Assembly (NCBI GenBank): GCA_965113315.1 | Contig: OZ220369.1 | Length of the DNA stretch: 64,000 nt | Source: Podarcis vaucheri | Lineage: Eukaryota | Reading direction: 5' to 3' (one strand) | Shown here: piece after piece, positions 59,670-64,000 of the stretch | How the letters are laid out: every line of letters starts with the position of its first letter | How positions within the stretch are numbered: position 1 is the first letter of the stretch | Program-made: the position numbers and the translations under genes | The notes under the pieces: model-generated | The model's database searches: none | What the model saw: the letters and a program-made list of their open reading frames with translations, nothing else | Told to the model about the DNA's origin: nothing

Positions 59670-62048
59670 CTGCAGTGCAGCTAGACAAAAAGCATCTGTA
59701 AACTGATACCAGTTTACAGGTCTGAATGCTGTGGTAATTAAATGGGGAGGGGGAGATCTCATCAGTATGAGGAGGAAGCAGCAATTGGTCACAGGGCTTG
59801 CCTTCCGCCTCTGTGCATTTATTTCATTTTATTTCGTGCATGCTACACAAATCTTCCAACCATCAAGACGCGCGCAAGGAAAATTAACATTGAAATGCAA
59901 TCCCCATGAGCAGGAGAGCCTGTGTGGCATTGTTCTGCATTCTTACAATTCCGCAACATGCCTCTTAAAAACAAGGTTGCTGCCTTGATCACGATGTCTG
60001 TAGACAGTAAGTGTAAAGTGACCCAAGTCCACTACAAGGGCATCTTGTTCCTTTCACAGAGAGGAACACAGGTGCAACAAAGCCCATTCACCATGTACAC
60101 TGCAATGCAACAACAGCAGTGCCACCGTGTTCCATTACGAAGAAAAACAAATAGCCCCCCTAAGCCCAGTTTAGAAAGCTATACACGTCTTTTCGCACTT
60201 TGGAGAGGGCCCTGTTCAATTGCCACATCATCTGTTACTTTACGCACTCCGATATGCCGCAGGCAAATGGAAAACAAGATTACTCTTGTCCAATCAAGAA
60301 GGGATTTGCATGAAGTATTTGGGGGCTCCTGGGTACTTGGATACCTTATCTAAAAAATAGGGCATTTAAATAGGTACTGAGAACCCAGTTAGCTATTTAG
60401 GAAAAAACTATTAAAAATATAGTTTATATCTGCCTCCCACAATCCAGTGCCCTCCAGATGTTGCAGGAATATAACTCCTATCAACTCTGACCACTCAATC
60501 AGGCTGCACTAGACCAACAAACAGAACCAGCACCTGTTCATTATTCCTAATGAACATATTGAATGAAGGGGAGATGTGGAAATATAAAAACACGGTGGGG
60601 GGTCCATTTTGGAATTTTTTTCTGCCCAGCAATATCTGAAGAGCACCTGGTTAGGGAAGGCTGGTACAGGATCACTCCCACCTTTGATAAGCAACCAGCT
60701 CTGGTGTGATCATTCCAGGAGGAACGAAAGATATTGGCACAATATCTCACAAAGTTCTGTTCCAATGCAGAACCAGGTCAAAATGTTTACAAAGGCATAT
60801 GTGTACCTTTCTGCCAGTGTATGCATTACTATATTAAAACTTGCACCACTCTGGAAACTGGAGGTTCTCATGCAATCAGAGCTATCCTGCAAAAGCAGAA
60901 TTAATGGGGGGGAAATGGCGTATTAGTGAAGACATCTGGCATGTTATAACAAGAAAAGTTGCCGTTGCTGTCTGGGAGCCAGTAATCAATTTTTTGCCTC
61001 CTCCAGCTACTCTATCATTACACTGAATTAGGATCTGCGAGTGAGGGAGATATATTAGATCATGGTGCACAGCAGAGCTTTGCCAACCGGATCTGGTTCA
61101 GATCAGACTAAAACAGTTTGGCAGTCTGCTGTGCCCTTAAAAACAAATCAATAGTGTTACTCTCTATGCTGCAATGTGCTGGGTGCCAGGAAATGTTAAG
61201 GTTTCCTGGAGAAAACACACAGAGAGACGTCTACCGACCCCTTTCCACTTTCAGATACACTCAAGGACAGCCAGTGGAAGGGCAACCAATTAATTTTAGA
61301 TTTAAATCTGCATTTAAAAAAACACACACACAACTGCAAGAGGCCACTGGAGAAATACGAGTGATCAATTCTAGACAAGTCAGTCAGCCAGCAATTAACG
61401 CAAAGGCAAAAGTTTGCAAAGAGGACTGGAGTAATGAGGAAAATTTACAACTGGGCCACCAGTTAATGAGCAAGAGAGACCTGGTGAAAGAGGCAGTAAA
61501 ACCACTCTAATATTATGGCAAAGGGAGAATAGACTGGAGCCAAAATACAGCCCAAGGAAGATTTTGGGAGGGATATGGGGCAGGAGAAAGAGAAAGGAGA
61601 GCAACTTCAAAAAGAGGGTATTTAACTGGGACTATCCATACGGCTTTCCTTGCTGCCAAGATTCCATAGTGTCACAGGAATAAGGATATCAAGCCAGCAC
61701 AGCCTTGAAAAGATTTTTCCCCAGGCTTCGCTCCCTTCCATTCTGAAATCAGGCTACATTTTGGAGCTGAAAGGGCTCTCCTGCCAATGAGCAGCTGAGC
61801 TCCAGACCTGGCACTTGTCTGCTTCAAACAGCAGCACAGCCAGCAGCGCCGGCAAAGGTGCAATTGAGAGCTCTTGGTCTGTACTGGGTGGTCTTTGTGA
61901 GAGTGTGAGATTTATGCCAACAGAGACTGAAGGCTGCTCATTCAGAACTGCCACCCTCCTCTTGGCAGTGTTAGAAACTCACGATATATAAGCCAGGTGC
62001 CAAATGGCACCTAGGTTACGGTCACCACAATGGAAAGTCTATTCGCAA

Positions 62049-62102
62049 GGGGGTTGGACTAGATGACCCTTGGGATCCCTTCCAATGCTACAATTCTACG
62101 AT
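62049..62102 (+). mobile_element. CR1 3' terminal fragment
   Basis: GGGTTGGACTAGATGACCCTTGGGATCCCTTCCAA..ATTCTACGAT. Confidence 0.65.
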
Positions 62103-62744
62103 CTCAACTACATTGCTTGGCTGTAGCTTGCTCTTACAACAATTCACTTGTCCCAGGATGCAAGAAGGAGAAACAAAGAAAGTGAAAATGGAAATGGTAT
62201 TAACTGCAGAGCTTTTTAAACTGTTGTCACCAACCTAGCACCCAGAAATCACCACGTAGTCGCAATTGGACCCACTGCTGTAACACCTCCTTTCTGCAGC
62301 TATTCCTCCACTCTCCATTTATTTATTTATTCCCGCCCCCAACCCGTGCAAAGCTGTGATCACATAAATAAAGCAAGCGTGAGCAAGTTACCTATATCAC
62401 TGTGTGCTATTTGTATGGTATGATAATGTATTTTCCTTTCATTCACGGTTCCCTGAAAGCTCTTATGGGTGAATAATGCAAAAACGGTCAAGATGTTTCT
62501 AACAGTTGCTGCTTATTATATGTTGTAAAATGAAATAAAAACATTTTATTTCATTTTTGAGAGAGATGGGGGGAGGGAGAGAGCGAGAGCGAGAGCGAGA
62601 GAGAGAAGCAGGCAGGCTGTAAATATAGCTATTCCATAAAAGAAAAGTCAGCATCATGGTTAAGAGTTATACATCACTGCCACCCTAAGCTAAATGCAAA
62701 ATCTGAAAGCAAGAGATTTAAGAAACACAAGGAGGTTGTCAGAT

Positions 62745-62776
<32 letters not shown>

Positions 62777-63861
62777 TGTTGTTGTTGTTTTTAAAAAGAA
62801 GATATACATAAAGGTACTAAAACATATTGTGCTCCGCTTCCCACGCTGTTTTGCAGACAGCTTTAATGTGTTGTAGCAGACCAATACTGACAACAGAAGC
62901 TTCAGCTTTCATTGCTGTTAATACCCTAAGCAATTACTGTTGCTCAGCAGGTACTCCTGCCCAGAATGGCAACTCGCACTGTAATCCAACATTATTTTTT
63001 TGCAGGAGCAATTCCTCCTGAACACCAAAGCACCTGCTAATGTGCAAAATTGCATAAATGGGGCTTAAAACGTCTCGTAGCTTTAAAAGCCATCACTTTT
63101 AAAAAAAACACCCAGTATTGTTCATGTCAGAGTATTATTGAATTTGCTAGAGAGCAGGGATTGAAAGGGGGGGAGCGGCATAAAAAAAGTTTTGTTTTTT
63201 TTTAAGGAAGCTGGACTGGCTCCAAAAATCAGAAGGATGTGAAAAATTACCTGTAAGGGGAGAAACTGTACATAATTGAGATCTCCGGGGGGTAAAAATA
63301 GCAGACACATAAATATTGAAACAGACTGTCAAAGTAACCAGGGAAAGGAAGCACATTCTCTAACACCGCAGCTTTACAACGTTAACCAGAAGCAGCAGGG
63401 GAAGGGGGCGAGAGAAAAGGGGGAAGGCAGGGAGAAAGAAAAAAGAAAGATTTGGGGAGAGGAACAGATGGTGGTTTACAGAGCTGAGCAACAGGCCACC
63501 CAAATATGTGTATTTTATTTAAGTTTTTGAAAAACAGATCTCTTTCTGACCTCAAGAGCAACCTGGTAGGAAGTTCCTACATAATGCTGCTGTCTTAAGT
63601 CATGTGTGGTCAGCAGATGTAGGTGGCAAAGGATGGCAGACCCACTGGGCATCATGTTCACATGGACCCTGCGCTCAATACACCTAAGCACATTAGGCTC
63701 TGGCACAGAATGCTAAACCAAACCATGGCTTGGCAAGAATGAGCAACCAAGCAGGCACCTGGAGAGAAGATGGCGGCTTTACAATTACATCTGAACCTGG
63801 ACTTATGGTTTATCTCCCCCAGAGTGGTATGCCATAGAACAATCCTTGGCTACAGCTCATG

Positions 63862-64000
63862 GATTGAAGTTGAATCCTGACAAGACAGAAGTACTGTTTT
63901 GGGGGGACAGGGGGCAGGCTGGTGTGGAGGACTCCCTGGTCCTGAATGGGGTAACTGTGCCCCTGAAGGACCAGGTGCGCAGCCTGGGAGTCATTTTGGA
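63862..64000 (+). mobile_element. 5'-truncated L2 LINE RT fragment running off the right edge
   Basis: Translates as LKLNPDKTEVLFWGDRGQAGVEDSLVLNGVTVPLKDQVRSLGVIL, typical of the L2 RT C-terminal part. Confidence 0.85.

Noticed and set aside
63515-63706. Minus-strand ORF with VH..., considered as the upstream RERE exon (VHNSQACC...)
   Set aside because: No similarity beyond two residues and no convincing splice sites.

Overview
This is vertebrate genomic DNA from a squamate reptile, probably a lacertid lizard, judged from Sauria-SINE and Squam3-type SINE copies. The window lies inside the RERE (atrophin-2) gene on the minus strand. Three canonical BAH-domain coding exons are visible (17845-17950, 16748-16844, 11314-11418), plus a probable alternative first coding exon (7530-7555, MDDPLGPFR). 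The rest is intron densely filled with transposable elements. Two young elements stand out. The first is an L2-clade LINE with an open EN-RT ORF that runs off the left edge (missed by the ORF track) and a 5' array of 110-bp monomers (1-3002). The second is a full-length 5472-bp Ty3/Gypsy chromovirus (35541-41012) with apparently identical 408-bp LTRs and a TATCG target-site duplication, nested inside an older hAT MITE. The chromovirus has several notable features. It has an 11-nt Tf1-type self-priming site instead of a tRNA PBS, a gag-pol pseudoknot with a non-canonical slippery site, and a (GC)8 frameshift that disconnects the zinc knuckle. Its pol ORF reads about 100 codons into the LTR. Most notably, two tandem helix-acidic-FxGF motifs follow a cage-defective chromodomain. 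These resemble the TND/LEDGF-IBD-binding motifs of cellular proteins and suggest an integration-targeting module. A small Penelope-like insertion (16118-16336) carries two divergent minimal hammerhead ribozymes. Almost all other ORFs in the supplied track are spurious.
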